In this document: piece by piece, positions 18,104 through 27,854 of the stretch
Layout: every line of letters starts with the position of its first letter
How positions within the stretch are numbered: position 1 is the stretch's first letter
Origin: an uncultured Planctomycetales bacterium
Lineage (GTDB): Bacteria > Planctomycetota > UBA1135
Direction: 5' to 3'
Assembly: GCA_964482495.1 (NCBI GenBank)
Contig: CAYZXS010000021.1
Span: forward strand, 658-64,657
DNA length: 64,000 bases
Notes under the pieces: model-generated
The model's database searches: none
What the model was told of the DNA's origin: nothing
Seen by the model: only the letters and a program-made list of their open reading frames with translations
Position numbers and translations under genes: made by a program

Positions 18104-19147
18104 ATGGTCCTCCCCACTCTGGAATTCGGCCCTGGCACCAGCTTCGACGAAGCGGAGCGGCACACGCTGCTGGCGCTCAGCCAGGCCCTCGCCGAGTCAG
18201 ACCACCCGGACGCCGGCCCGCTGCGCACCGTCCTGGTCGAGAACGTCGGCCGCGTGGACCAGGTCGGCGCCGCCCTCCTCGCTTATCCTCCGGTGTTCGG
18301 CGAGAAGACCCTCGGCGGCCGGCAGCGCGGCCGCGGCACCTTGGTCGACCTGCTGAGCAGCGCCGAGGACGCCAGCATCGAGCTCTACGTCCCGACCCGG
18401 GCGGTCGTCGGCCGCACGCTGGTCGTGGCCGAGTTGAACGCCTGGAGGCTCGCGAGTTACATCCATGAACAGATCCTCGGCTCCAGCGCCGAGGCCGCGG
18501 GCACTGGGGATGAGATCGACCACTGGCTCCACGGCTGCGTCTATTCGCTGCTGGCGGAGGACATCCTGCGCTCGATCGCCGTCGACCAGGGCATGGAGCG
18601 AGCCACCCGTGCGAAGGCCGTGGACTCGCTCAGCCAGATGTGGGAGTCCCGGCACAGCCTCGGGGCGCGCCACTTCTTCCCGGTCCTGGCCCAGACCTGG
18701 GCCGCCCGCCGGCGGATCCGCGTCAGCGTCGGCACCCTGCTCGGGGTGTCCGAGATCTTCCGCCTCCTCCAAGCCGGCGGCGACCCGGAGTTCGTCAGCT
18801 TCTTCGCCCGCAAGCGCCTCAACCTCGACGAAGAGCAAGCCTTCCAGGAATTCCTGATCGGCGTCTCCACCGAGGAGATCCACTCCCTGGAGCAGCTCAT
18901 GGAGGACACCGGCCGCTCCTCCCTCGACCCCGAGGACGCCAAGGTCCGGCGGCAATCGTTCAAGACCGGCGGCGAGGTCCACGAGTGCGTCCGCTTCTAT
19001 GAGTTCTTCCGGACCCGCCACCTCGCCGCGGTGGCCCGCCGGATCAAGGACCTCCCAGGCCCGAAGAAGACGGCCGAGGAGTACGTCATGATCTACTTCC
19101 TCGACCGCCTCGAGCGCGGCGCGGCGGTGACGCCGCCCCGGCCCTGA
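18104..19147 (+). CDS. Hypothetical all-helical cytoplasmic protein
   Basis: 347-aa ORF filling the upp-mutM gap with normal composition; no family recognised. Confidence 0.75.
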   Translation: MVLPTLEFGPGTSFDEAERHTLLALSQALAESDHPDAGPLRTVLVENVGRVDQVGAALLAYPPVFGEKTLGGRQRGRGTLVDLLSSAEDASIELYVPTRAVVGRTLVVAELNAWRLASYIHEQILGSSAEAAGTGDEIDHWLHGCVYSLLAEDILRSIAVDQGMERATRAKAVDSLSQMWESRHSLGARHFFPVLAQTWAARRRIRVSVGTLLGVSEIFRLLQAGGDPEFVSFFARKRLNLDEEQAFQEFLIGVSTEEIHSLEQLMEDTGRSSLDPEDAKVRRQSFKTGGEVHECVRFYEFFRTRHLAAVARRIKDLPGPKKTAEEYVMIYFLDRLERGAAVTPPRP

Positions 19148-19165
19148 ACCCGCCCGGACCGGCCG

Positions 19166-19981
19166 GTGCCCGAGCTCCCCGAGGTCGAGACCACGCGCCG
19201 GGGCATCGCCCCCTACCTAGAAGGCGCGCGACTGCGAGGCGCGGTGCTCCGGACCCCAAAGCTCCGCCTCCCCATCCCGGCCGACCTCCCCGTGCGCCTG
19301 GCCGGCACCAGGATCTCCGCCGTGGAGCGGCGAGCGAAGTACCTGCTCCTGCGGTGGCCAGAGGACAGCCTCCTCCTCCACCTCGGGATGTCGGGCAGCC
19401 TGCGGATCGCCGGCGACCAGGAAGCCCCTGGCAAGCACGACCACCTCGACCTGCTGCTCCCCAAGCGGCGGAGGCTGCGGCTGCGGGACCCGCGCAAGTT
19501 CGGTCTCGTGGCGTATGGCGGCCAGGATCCTGAGCAGCATCCGCTGCTCCGTTCGCTCGGCCCGGAGCCCCTGGGACCGGCCTTCGACGGCAGCAGCTTG
19601 AGGCGGGCCTTCCGAGGACGCCGCGCCGCCGTCAAACAGCTGCTGCTCCAAGGCCCGGTGGTGGCCGGGGTCGGCAACATCTACGCCTGCGAGGCTTTGT
19701 TCGAGGCCGGCATCCGGCCCACCACGCCGGCAGCGCGCCTGTCCGCTGGGCGGTGCGATCGCCTGGCCACGGCGGTCCGGGAGGTGCTCCGCCGAGCGGT
19801 CGCGGCGGGCGGCACGACCCTGCAAGACTTCGTGGGAGCCTCGGGGGAGGCGGGCTACTTCCAGGTCGAGCTCTCCGTCTACGGCCGCGCCGGTGAGCCC
19901 TGCCCCCGCTGCGGCGGCTGCGTCCGGGTCGAGCAGCTCGGGAATCGCTCGACCTTCTCCTGCCCCCGCTGCCAGCGCTGA
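19166..19981 (+). CDS. mutM: Formamidopyrimidine-DNA glycosylase
   Basis: PELPEVE N-terminus, RRAKYL, HLGMSG, GVGNIYACE, C-terminal CPRC..CPRCQ zinc finger. Confidence 0.97.
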   Translation: MPELPEVETTRRGIAPYLEGARLRGAVLRTPKLRLPIPADLPVRLAGTRISAVERRAKYLLLRWPEDSLLLHLGMSGSLRIAGDQEAPGKHDHLDLLLPKRRRLRLRDPRKFGLVAYGGQDPEQHPLLRSLGPEPLGPAFDGSSLRRAFRGRRAAVKQLLLQGPVVAGVGNIYACEALFEAGIRPTTPAARLSAGRCDRLATAVREVLRRAVAAGGTTLQDFVGASGEAGYFQVELSVYGRAGEPCPRCGGCVRVEQLGNRSTFSCPRCQR

Positions 19982-20005
19982 GTCGGGCGCCACGCGCCGG
20001 CCCCC

Positions 20006-20044
20006 TTGCATCGAGTCGAACGTCCGTTTAAAATGAACGTTCGA
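20006..20044 (+). promoter_or_regulatory. sigma70 promoter overlapped by a palindromic operator, TetR-RND operon
   Basis: TTGCAT (20006-11), 17 nt, TAAAAT (20029-34); inverted repeat TCGAACGT (20016-23)/ACGTTCGA (20037-44). Confidence 0.75.
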
Positions 20045-20670
20045 TGACGGACCCGAGCACGACCAAGGACCGGATCCTCGCTGCGGCGGAGCACCTCTTC
20101 GCGGAGAAGGGCCTCTCCGGCGCGAGTCTGCGGGAGATCACCGCCGCGGCGGAGGTGAACCTGGCCTCGGTCCACTACCACTTTGGGTCCAAGGACGGCC
20201 TGGTGAGGGAGCTGGTCATGAGACGCTTCGCGCCGATCAACCAGGCCCGCCTCGAGGGCCTCGACCGGCTCGAAGCCCGCCACGGCCCGGAGCCGGTCCC
20301 TCTGGAGGAGCTGCTCCGGGTCTTCCTGGAGCCGGCGTTGAGGATCTTCGGCGGACCAGGGGCCGACTTCCCGCGGCTGATCGGCCGCCTGCACCTCGAG
20401 CCCCACCCGGATCTCCCGATCTGGATGCAGGAGATCTTCCAGCCGGTGCTGGTGCGGTTCGGCGCCGCGATGACCCGGACCCTGCCCCACCTCGACCGAG
20501 GCGAGCTCCTGCTCCGGATCTCCTTCCTGGTGGGCTCGATGATCCATGTCCTGACCTGCGCCCGTCAGCATCACGCCTTGTTCCCTGGCTGCAGCACCGT
20601 GGAGCGGGACCCGGAGCTGCTGATGGAGCAGCTCATCCGCTACAGCGCCGCCGGCTTCGCCCATGCTTGA
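20044..20670 (+). CDS. TetR/AcrR family transcriptional regulator
   Basis: TKDRILAAAEHLFAEKG..GASLREIT..AEVNLASVHYHFGSK HTH. Confidence 0.95.
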   Translation: MTDPSTTKDRILAAAEHLFAEKGLSGASLREITAAAEVNLASVHYHFGSKDGLVRELVMRRFAPINQARLEGLDRLEARHGPEPVPLEELLRVFLEPALRIFGGPGADFPRLIGRLHLEPHPDLPIWMQEIFQPVLVRFGAAMTRTLPHLDRGELLLRISFLVGSMIHVLTCARQHHALFPGCSTVERDPELLMEQLIRYSAAGFAHA

Positions 20671-22090
20671 TCGCGCCGTCCTCCGCACCCTGCCCTTGGG
20701 TCTCCCGGTCCTGCTGGCCGCCTGCGTCAACCCCCGCGCTGCCGCCGACCCGGTCGCCGCGCTGGCGCCGCCGGCGACGTGGGCCGCCGCGCCGAGCGAA
20801 CCCGGCCCCGATGCCCCGGGGACCGGCGACTGGTGGACCTCCTTCGGAGACCCGGGCCTCGACGCCGCCGTCGAAGAGGCGCGGGGCGCCAATTGGGACC
20901 TCGCGGGCGCAGGCCACCGCGTCGCCGCCGCGGCGGCCGAGGCCCGGATCGCCGCCGGGAGTCGCTGGCCAGCCCTGGACGCCGGCCTGGACCTCAGCCG
21001 GAGCCGCCGCAATTTCATCGGTCTGCCGGTCCCCGGGGCCGAAGGCGGCGTCTTGGCGGTGGAGTCGGAGAGCCACGCCCTGTCGATCCAGCTCTCCTGG
21101 GAGGCCGACCTCTGGGGCAGGCTGGACGCTGCAGAGCGGGCGGCTATCGGCGCCTGGCAGGCGGCCGAAGCCGACTGGCACGGCGCCCGCCTCTCCCTGA
21201 CCGGCATGGTCGCCAAGGCTTGGTTCGCGTTGTCTGCCGCCGAAACCAGGGTCGGCCTCGCCCGCGAAGAAGCGCAGCGGCAAGGCGAGCTGCTCACCAT
21301 CCAGCGCGGTCACTTCCGCAGCGGCCAGGGCGGAGCCGCTGCCATCCACCAGCTCCAGGCCGACCTGGCCTCCGCGGAGGAACGGTTGCGGCGGTCCCAG
21401 CAGGAACTGGCCGCCAGCGCCCGCGCGCTGGAGCTCCTGCTGAGCCGATATCCCGCAGGGGAGACCCGCAACCCGGGCCTGCCGGCCCTGCCGCCGCCGG
21501 TGCCGGCCGGCCTGCCCGCCGCGCTCGTCGACCGGCGCCCGGACTTGGCAGCGGCTGGCGCCCGGCTGCGGCGGGAGCTCGCTCTCGCCGACCAGGCGGA
21601 GGCCTCGCTCTACCCGCGGCTGAGCCTGACCGCCTCGGGTGGCACCTCGACCGCCGCCCTCTCCGACCTGCTCGACGGCGACTTCAAGGTCTGGAGCCTC
21701 GCGGCCGGGCTCACCGCGCCGCTGTTCCACGGCGGCCAACTTCGCGCCGGCCTCGAAGCCCGTGAGGCGGGAGCCGAGGCGGCTCGAGCCGGCTTCCTCC
21801 AGGCCACCCTGGTGGCCTTCGAGGAAGTGGAGGGCGCCTTGGCCGCGGAGCAGGCCCTGCGGGCGCGGCTCGACCTGGCCGACCAGGCTCTTGCCGCGGC
21901 GGCGGCCGCCGCCGCGGCCACGGAGCGGCGCTTCCGCGCAGGCCTTGCCAGCGCGACCGAGCTGATCGCGGCGCGAGAAGGCCTGCGGCTCGCGCGGGCC
22001 GCTCGGCTCGAGGTCCAGCTCGCCCTCCTGCTGAACCGCGTCGATCTCCACCTCGCTCTCGGCGGCGGTTTCGCGCCGCAGTCACGATGA
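20663..22090 (+). CDS. RND efflux outer-membrane factor (NodT/OprM family lipoprotein)
   Basis: Lipobox LLAAC, WWTSFGDP.L, SWEADLWGR, PAGLPAALVDRRPDL, YPRLSLTASGG. Confidence 0.93.
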   Translation: MLDRAVLRTLPLGLPVLLAACVNPRAAADPVAALAPPATWAAAPSEPGPDAPGTGDWWTSFGDPGLDAAVEEARGANWDLAGAGHRVAAAAAEARIAAGSRWPALDAGLDLSRSRRNFIGLPVPGAEGGVLAVESESHALSIQLSWEADLWGRLDAAERAAIGAWQAAEADWHGARLSLTGMVAKAWFALSAAETRVGLAREEAQRQGELLTIQRGHFRSGQGGAAAIHQLQADLASAEERLRRSQQELAASARALELLLSRYPAGETRNPGLPALPPPVPAGLPAALVDRRPDLAAAGARLRRELALADQAEASLYPRLSLTASGGTSTAALSDLLDGDFKVWSLAAGLTAPLFHGGQLRAGLEAREAGAEAARAGFLQATLVAFEEVEGALAAEQALRARLDLADQALAAAAAAAAATERRFRAGLASATELIAAREGLRLARAARLEVQLALLLNRVDLHLALGGGFAPQSR

Positions 22091-23235
22091 ACAAGCTCCT
22101 CCGAGTCCTGCTCCCGCTCCTGGTCGTGGCCGCCGCGTTCGGCGTGCTTCGCTGGCAGCTCGACACCCGGCCGGTCCTCTCCGCCCAGGAGCCAGAGAGC
22201 GGCGTGCCGCTGGTCCGCGTCCAGCGGATGTCAACCGAGGACCGCCAACTCACGATCAGCACCCACGGCACGGTTCAGTCGCAGGATGTGCTCCCGCTGG
22301 CCTTCGAGGTCGGGGGGAGGGTGATGGAGATCTCCCCGCTGCTCGAGGTGGGTTCCTATCTTCGCCGTGGAGACCTCCTCGTCCAGTTGGACGCCGCCGA
22401 CTTCCAGCTCCAGCTCGCCACCGCGACGGCGGGCCTGGAACAGGCCGAGGCCGGCCTCGCCCTCGAGCGAGCAGCGGCGGAGGTCGCCGTTCAGGACTGG
22501 CAGGCGTTGAAGGAGGGTGAGCCTTCGGCGGTCGCCCGCCGCGAGCCCCAGCTCGCGGCGGCCCGCGCGGACGTCGCGGCGGCGACCGCGGCGCGGGACC
22601 AGGCCCAGCGGAACCTGGACCGCTGCAGGCTGACCGCCCCGTTCGACGCCAGGGTCCTCAGCGCCGACGTCGCCTTGGGACAAGTCCTCGCCGCCGGCGC
22701 CCCCTTCGCGCAGCTCCAGCCAAGCAGCGAGGCCGAGATCGTCCTGCCGCTCGCGCTCGACGACCTCCCCCACCTCGGCTTGGACCTCGCCGTCCGTGAG
22801 GCGGACCTGCCGGTGACCCTGGAGGCCGACCTCGGCGGCGTCCCGTTGCGCCGGGACGCCCGCCTGGTCCGCTCCTCCCCGGCGCTGGACCCCGCCAGCA
22901 GGATGCTGCGCGCGGTGGCCGTCATCGATGACCCCTTCGGCTTGGCGAGCGGCGCACCGCCGATCAGCCCGGGCCTGTTCGTCCGGGCGACCATCCGAGG
23001 GCGGCGCGCGGCCGGTCTCTACTCTGTCCCCCGCTCCGCGGTCCTGGACGGCGACCGGGTGCTGCTCGCAGACCCGCAAGACCGCCTCATGATTCGGCCG
23101 GTCCAGGTCCTGCAGTGGACCGAGAGCGAAGCACTGGTGGAGGGCGGCCTCGAGGACGGGGACCGCCTGATCCTGACCGCGCTTCCGGTGACGGCGGAGG
23201 GCATGAAGCTCGAGGTCCGGGAGGACGGGCGATGA
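22087..23235 (+). CDS. RND efflux periplasmic adaptor subunit
   Basis: N-terminal TM, EVGGRV..GDLLVQLD lipoyl half, LTAPFDARV, ISPGLFVRA. Confidence 0.92.
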   Translation: MNKLLRVLLPLLVVAAAFGVLRWQLDTRPVLSAQEPESGVPLVRVQRMSTEDRQLTISTHGTVQSQDVLPLAFEVGGRVMEISPLLEVGSYLRRGDLLVQLDAADFQLQLATATAGLEQAEAGLALERAAAEVAVQDWQALKEGEPSAVARREPQLAAARADVAAATAARDQAQRNLDRCRLTAPFDARVLSADVALGQVLAAGAPFAQLQPSSEAEIVLPLALDDLPHLGLDLAVREADLPVTLEADLGGVPLRRDARLVRSSPALDPASRMLRAVAVIDDPFGLASGAPPISPGLFVRATIRGRRAAGLYSVPRSAVLDGDRVLLADPQDRLMIRPVQVLQWTESEALVEGGLEDGDRLILTALPVTAEGMKLEVREDGR

Positions 23236-26200
23236 ACCGGGTGATCGAGTGGTTCGCGCGCAACCCGGTCGCGGCGAACCTGCTGATGGCGTCGATCATC
23301 GCCGCCGGTCTCTTCACCGTTCCCTCCCTCCGCCAGGAGATCGTCCCCACCATCCAGGTCGACGCCGCGACCGTCACCGTGGTCTACCCGGGGGCCGCCC
23401 CGGAGGAGGTCGAGGAGGCGATCTGCATGCGGATTGAGGAGGCGGTGCAGGGACTCTCCGGGGTCGACGAGGTGCGGTCGAAGGCCAACGAGGGCTTCGG
23501 CACCGTGACCGTCGACTTCCTGGAGGGCCAGGACCGCAACAAGCTGCTCGACGACGTCAAGGCGGAGGTGGACCGCATCGACAGCTTCCCGGCCGAGGCG
23601 GAGGAGCCGGTGGTCTCCTTGGTCGACGTCAACCTGAAGGTCCTGAGCGTGGCCGTCTGGGGCCGCGCGGAGGAGGGCGACCTGCGGCTGGTGGCGGACG
23701 AACTCCGGGAAGAGCTCGGGGCGCTGCCGGAGATCTCCCTGATCCGTCACGCCAACGCCCGCCCTTACGAGATCTCGGTGGAGGTCTCTGAGTCGGAGCT
23801 GCGGCGATACGGTCTGCGCTTCGACGAGGTCGTCGCCGCGATCCGGAGCTCCTCCCTCGACCTCCCGGGCGGCTCGGTCAAGACCCGCGGCGGCGAGGTC
23901 CTGCTCCGCGCCATCGGCCAGGCCTACCGGCGCGCCGACTTCGAGGCCCTGCCCTTGCGCAGCCACGGCGACGGCACCGAGCTGCTGTTGGGCCAGGTCG
24001 CCACGGTGGTCGACGGCTTCGAGGACACGGACCAGAGCACCCGCTTCAACGGCGAGCCTGCGGTCATCCTCGACGTCTTCCGGGTCGGCAGCCAGGACGC
24101 GTTGGCCATCGCCCGGGCGACCCGCGCCCACCTCGAGGCGAAGGCGCGCCAGCTGCCGGCCGAGGTCAGCCTGGACGTCACCGGGGACGAGACCCTGATC
24201 CTGCGCGACCGCCTCGACCTCATGATGCGCAACGGCCGCGCCGGCCTGCTGCTGGTGCTGGTCTCGCTGGCGCTGTTCCTGCGCTTGCGCCTGGCCTTGT
24301 GGGTGACGATCGGGATCCCGATCTGCTTCCTCGGCGCCATCGCCCTGATGCCAGGCTTCGACGTCTCGGTCAACCTGATCTCCCTCTTCGCCTTCATCAT
24401 CGTGCTCGGCATCGTCGTCGACGACGCCATCGTGGTCGCCGAGAACGTGCACGACCACCGGCAGCGAGGCCGCGAGGCCATGGACGCGGCGATCGGCGGG
24501 GCGCAGGAGGTCTCGATGCCGGTGATCTTCGCCGTCCTGACCACGATCGCCTCCTTCTCGCCGCTGCTCCTGATGCCGGGCAGCATGGGGCAGTACTCGC
24601 GGAACATCCCGCTGATCGTGATCGCGGTCCTGACCTTCTCCCTGGTCGAGTCCCTGCTCGTGCTGCCCACCCACCTGCGGCACCTGCCGCCGGAGGACGC
24701 GGAGGCCCGCCGCGGCCCGTGGGGCCGGGTCCAGGACAGGATCAACGCCGGCCTGGAGGCGGTCCGCGACCGCCTCTACGCGCCCTTCCTGCGCTTCGCG
24801 CTGAGCTGGCGCTACCTGACGCTGGCGGTCGGCGTCGCCACCCTCCTGGTCTCCCTCGGCCTCGTGGGCAGCGGCCGGGTGAAGTTCATCTTCTTCCCCG
24901 AGATCGAGGCCGACAACGTGGCGGTGGAGCTGACGATGCCGCTCGGGACACCGCTCGAGACCACGGAGGAGGTGATCGCCCGCTTCGAACGCAGCGCCCA
25001 GGAGCTGCAAGCGGAGCTCCTCGCGGCGGACGGCCAGGCGGAGATCAAGAGCATCACCACCAGCACCGGCGGCCAACCCTACCGCGAGAAGCAGTCGAAC
25101 ATGGGCTCGGCCTCGGGCGGCCAGTCCTACTCGGGGGCCCACCTCGGAGAGGTGAACCTAGAGCTGCTCTCGGCCGAGCTCCGGAGCCGCTCTAGCAAGG
25201 AGATCGCCCGGCTGTGGCAGGATCGCACCGGCGCCGTCGCCGGGGCGGAGGAGCTCAGCTTCACCGCCGACCTCGTCGCCAGCGACGCCGACGTCGACCT
25301 CGAGCTCTCCGGGCCGGGGCTCGACCAACTGGTCCTCACGGCCCAGCGAGTGAGGGAGGAGGTCGCCGGCTGGGCCGGGGTGGCCGAGGTCCGGGACGAC
25401 TTCCGGGCCGGGAAGCGCGAGTGGGAGCTGCGCCTGACCGAGGAGGGGCGCGCCCTCGGCCTGAGCCTCTCCGACCTGGCGCGCCAGGTCCGGCAGGCCT
25501 ACTACGGCGAAGAGGCGCAGACCGTCCAGCGCGGGCGGGACGAGGTCAAGGTCATGGTCCGCTACCCGCTGGAGGATCGGCGCAGCCTGGCCAGCCTGGA
25601 GGACATGCGGGTCCGGACCCCGGGCGGCGCCGAGCTGCCCTTCGCCCGGGTTGCCGCGGTCGAAGACGGGCGCGGCTACTCGGCGATCGAGCGCCGGAAC
25701 CGGCGACGAAGCGTCGGCGTCCTGATGGACCTGGACACGGACCAGGTCACCCCGGACGAGGTCGTCGCCAAGCTGGAGGCCGAGCTGCTCCCTCGGCTGG
25801 CGCGGGAGCAGCCCGGCCTGGCCTGGACCTTCGAAGGCCAGCAGCGCGAACAGAGCGAGTTCATGAGCACCCTGGTTCGCCTGTTCGGGCTCGCCATGTT
25901 CGTGATCTACGCGCTGCTCGCGATCCCGCTGCGCTCCTACCTGCAGCCCCTGGTCATCATGGCCGCGATCCCCTTCGGCTTCGTCGGCGCTGTCTGGGGC
26001 CACCTGATCATGGGCATGAACCTAGCCATCTTCTCGGTCATCGGCCTGACGGCCCTGGCCGGCGTCGTGGTCAACGACTCCCTGGTCTTGATGGACTTCG
26101 TCAACCGCAGGCGGCGTCAGGGGACGCCGGTCCAGCGGGCGGTGGAGGAGGCCGGACGCCGCCGCTTCCGGGCGATCCTGCTCACGACCTTGACCACCTT

Positions 26201-26399
26201 CCTGGGCCTGACCCCGCTCCTGCTCGAGAAGAGCATCCAGGCCCGGTTCCTGATCCCGATGGCGATCAGCCTCGGCTTCGGCGTGATCTTCGCGACCTTC
26301 ATCACCCTGGTCCTGGTCCCCTCCTTCTACCTCATGACCGAGGACCTGAAGGCGCTGGGCCAGCGGCTGCTCAGACGCCCTGAGGAGGACCTCGCGTGA
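23232..26399 (+). CDS. RND efflux permease (AcrB/AcrD/AcrF family)
   Basis: ATG overlaps upstream stop (ATGA); WFARNPVAANLLM, GIVVDDAIVVAEN, GVVVNDSLVL, RFRAILLTTLTT. Confidence 0.95.
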   Translation: MNRVIEWFARNPVAANLLMASIIAAGLFTVPSLRQEIVPTIQVDAATVTVVYPGAAPEEVEEAICMRIEEAVQGLSGVDEVRSKANEGFGTVTVDFLEGQDRNKLLDDVKAEVDRIDSFPAEAEEPVVSLVDVNLKVLSVAVWGRAEEGDLRLVADELREELGALPEISLIRHANARPYEISVEVSESELRRYGLRFDEVVAAIRSSSLDLPGGSVKTRGGEVLLRAIGQAYRRADFEALPLRSHGDGTELLLGQVATVVDGFEDTDQSTRFNGEPAVILDVFRVGSQDALAIARATRAHLEAKARQLPAEVSLDVTGDETLILRDRLDLMMRNGRAGLLLVLVSLALFLRLRLALWVTIGIPICFLGAIALMPGFDVSVNLISLFAFIIVLGIVVDDAIVVAENVHDHRQRGREAMDAAIGGAQEVSMPVIFAVLTTIASFSPLLLMPGSMGQYSRNIPLIVIAVLTFSLVESLLVLPTHLRHLPPEDAEARRGPWGRVQDRINAGLEAVRDRLYAPFLRFALSWRYLTLAVGVATLLVSLGLVGSGRVKFIFFPEIEADNVAVELTMPLGTPLETTEEVIARFERSAQELQAELLAADGQAEIKSITTSTGGQPYREKQSNMGSASGGQSYSGAHLGEVNLELLSAELRSRSSKEIARLWQDRTGAVAGAEELSFTADLVASDADVDLELSGPGLDQLVLTAQRVREEVAGWAGVAEVRDDFRAGKREWELRLTEEGRALGLSLSDLARQVRQAYYGEEAQTVQRGRDEVKVMVRYPLEDRRSLASLEDMRVRTPGGAELPFARVAAVEDGRGYSAIERRNRRRSVGVLMDLDTDQVTPDEVVAKLEAELLPRLAREQPGLAWTFEGQQREQSEFMSTLVRLFGLAMFVIYALLAIPLRSYLQPLVIMAAIPFGFVGAVWGHLIMGMNLAIFSVIGLTALAGVVVNDSLVLMDFVNRRRRQGTPVQRAVEEAGRRRFRAILLTTLTTFLGLTPLLLEKSIQARFLIPMAISLGFGVIFATFITLVLVPSFYLMTEDLKALGQRLLRRPEEDLA

Positions 26400-26725
26400 C
26401 GCCCATCGAACAGATCGACGCTCCGGACCTGCGGCGCCGCCTGGACGCCGGTGAGGAGATCCGGCTCCTCGACGTCCGGGAGCACCCCGAGTGGGAGATC
26501 TGCCGCATCGAAGGCGCCGAGCTGCTGCCGATGTCCGAGATCCATCGCTGGCAGCACGAGCTCGAGCCCGGCGAGGGGCCAGTAGTGATCTACTGCCACC
26601 ACGGCATCCGGAGCCTCAGGGTCTGCGCCTTCCTCGCCAGCCAGGGCCACCGCGGCCTCCTGAATCTGCGCGGCGGCATCGCCGCTTGGCGGGACCAGGT
26701 GGACCCCGGCATGGCCGGCTACTGA
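26396..26725 (+). CDS. Single-domain rhodanese
   Basis: LLDVREHPEW, YCHHGIRS active loop, LRGGIAAW. Confidence 0.9.
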   Translation: MTPIEQIDAPDLRRRLDAGEEIRLLDVREHPEWEICRIEGAELLPMSEIHRWQHELEPGEGPVVIYCHHGIRSLRVCAFLASQGHRGLLNLRGGIAAWRDQVDPGMAGY

Positions 26726-26735
26726 GCTGGAGCGG

Positions 26736-27854
26736 GTGAGGCCGCCGCTACAATCCGTCCTGGCGGTAGGGCCATTGGATTCTGATCTTCGCGGCAAGAA
26801 GCTCCTCGTCACCGGCGGCGCCGGCTTCATCGGCAGCGCCTTCGTCCGGATGGCGCTGGAGTCGGGGGCCGAGCGCCTGGTGGTGCTCGACTCGCTCAGC
26901 TACGCCGCTCATCCGGCCAACCTCGCCCCCCTCGAGCAGGACGCGCGCTTCCGGCTCCTGGTCGGCGACGTCGCCGAGCCGGCGAACTGCCGTGAGGCGC
27001 TCGAGCTGGCCGAGGCCGACTGGGTGGTCCACCTCGCGGCCGAATCCCACGTCGACCGCTCGATCGACGACCCCGCCCCCTTCCTCCGCACCAACGTCGT
27101 CGGCACGGGCTCCTTGCTGGAGGCCAGCCTCGACCACTGGCGGCGCCTGCCGGCGAAACACCGCGTCGGCTTCCGCTTCCTGCACTCCTCCACCGACGAG
27201 GTCTTCGGGGACCGGGGCGACGGCCCGGCCGCGGACGAGGACAGCCCCTACGCCCCGAGCTCCCCCTACTCCGCGAGCAAGGCCGCATCGGACCTCCTGG
27301 TCCAAGCGTACGGGCGGACCTTCGGCTTGCCCTGGATCATCACCCACAGCGGCAACAACTACGGTCCCCGGCAATTCCCGGAGAAGCTCTTGCCGCTCGC
27401 GATCCTGCGCGCTCTCGCCGGCGAGCCCATCCCGGTCTACGGCGACGGCCGGCAGGTCCGCGAGTGGCTCCACGTCGAGGACCACTGCCGGGCGCTGCTC
27501 CTCGCGGGGCTCCGCGGGCGGCCGGGCCGGAGCTACTGCGTCGGCGGAGGCTGCCGCCGCGGGAACCTCGAGATCCTCGAGACCGTCCTCCAGGCCCTCG
27601 GCCTTGCCCTGGACGCGACCACCCTCCAGCACGTCGCCGACCGGCCAGGCCACGACCGCCGCTATGCCCTCGACTGCTCGCGGTTCCTGCAGGAGACCGG
27701 CTGGGAGCCGCGGGTCTCCCTCGAGGACGGCATCGCCGCCACCGTGAGCTGGTACCAGGACCAAAAGGACTGGATCGCGGTGGCCAGGGAGCGGAGCGGC
27801 TACCAGGGGGAACGGCTCGGGCGCCGGGGCGCCTTGGACGGAGACCGGGTTTGA
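26736..27854 (+). CDS. rfbB: dTDP-glucose 4,6-dehydratase (start may be TTG 26775)
   Basis: VTGGAGFIGS, HLAAESHVDRSI, STDEVFG, PYSASKA, NNYGPRQFPEKL, DRPGHDRRY. Confidence 0.95.
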   Translation: MRPPLQSVLAVGPLDSDLRGKKLLVTGGAGFIGSAFVRMALESGAERLVVLDSLSYAAHPANLAPLEQDARFRLLVGDVAEPANCREALELAEADWVVHLAAESHVDRSIDDPAPFLRTNVVGTGSLLEASLDHWRRLPAKHRVGFRFLHSSTDEVFGDRGDGPAADEDSPYAPSSPYSASKAASDLLVQAYGRTFGLPWIITHSGNNYGPRQFPEKLLPLAILRALAGEPIPVYGDGRQVREWLHVEDHCRALLLAGLRGRPGRSYCVGGGCRRGNLEILETVLQALGLALDATTLQHVADRPGHDRRYALDCSRFLQETGWEPRVSLEDGIAATVSWYQDQKDWIAVARERSGYQGERLGRRGALDGDRV

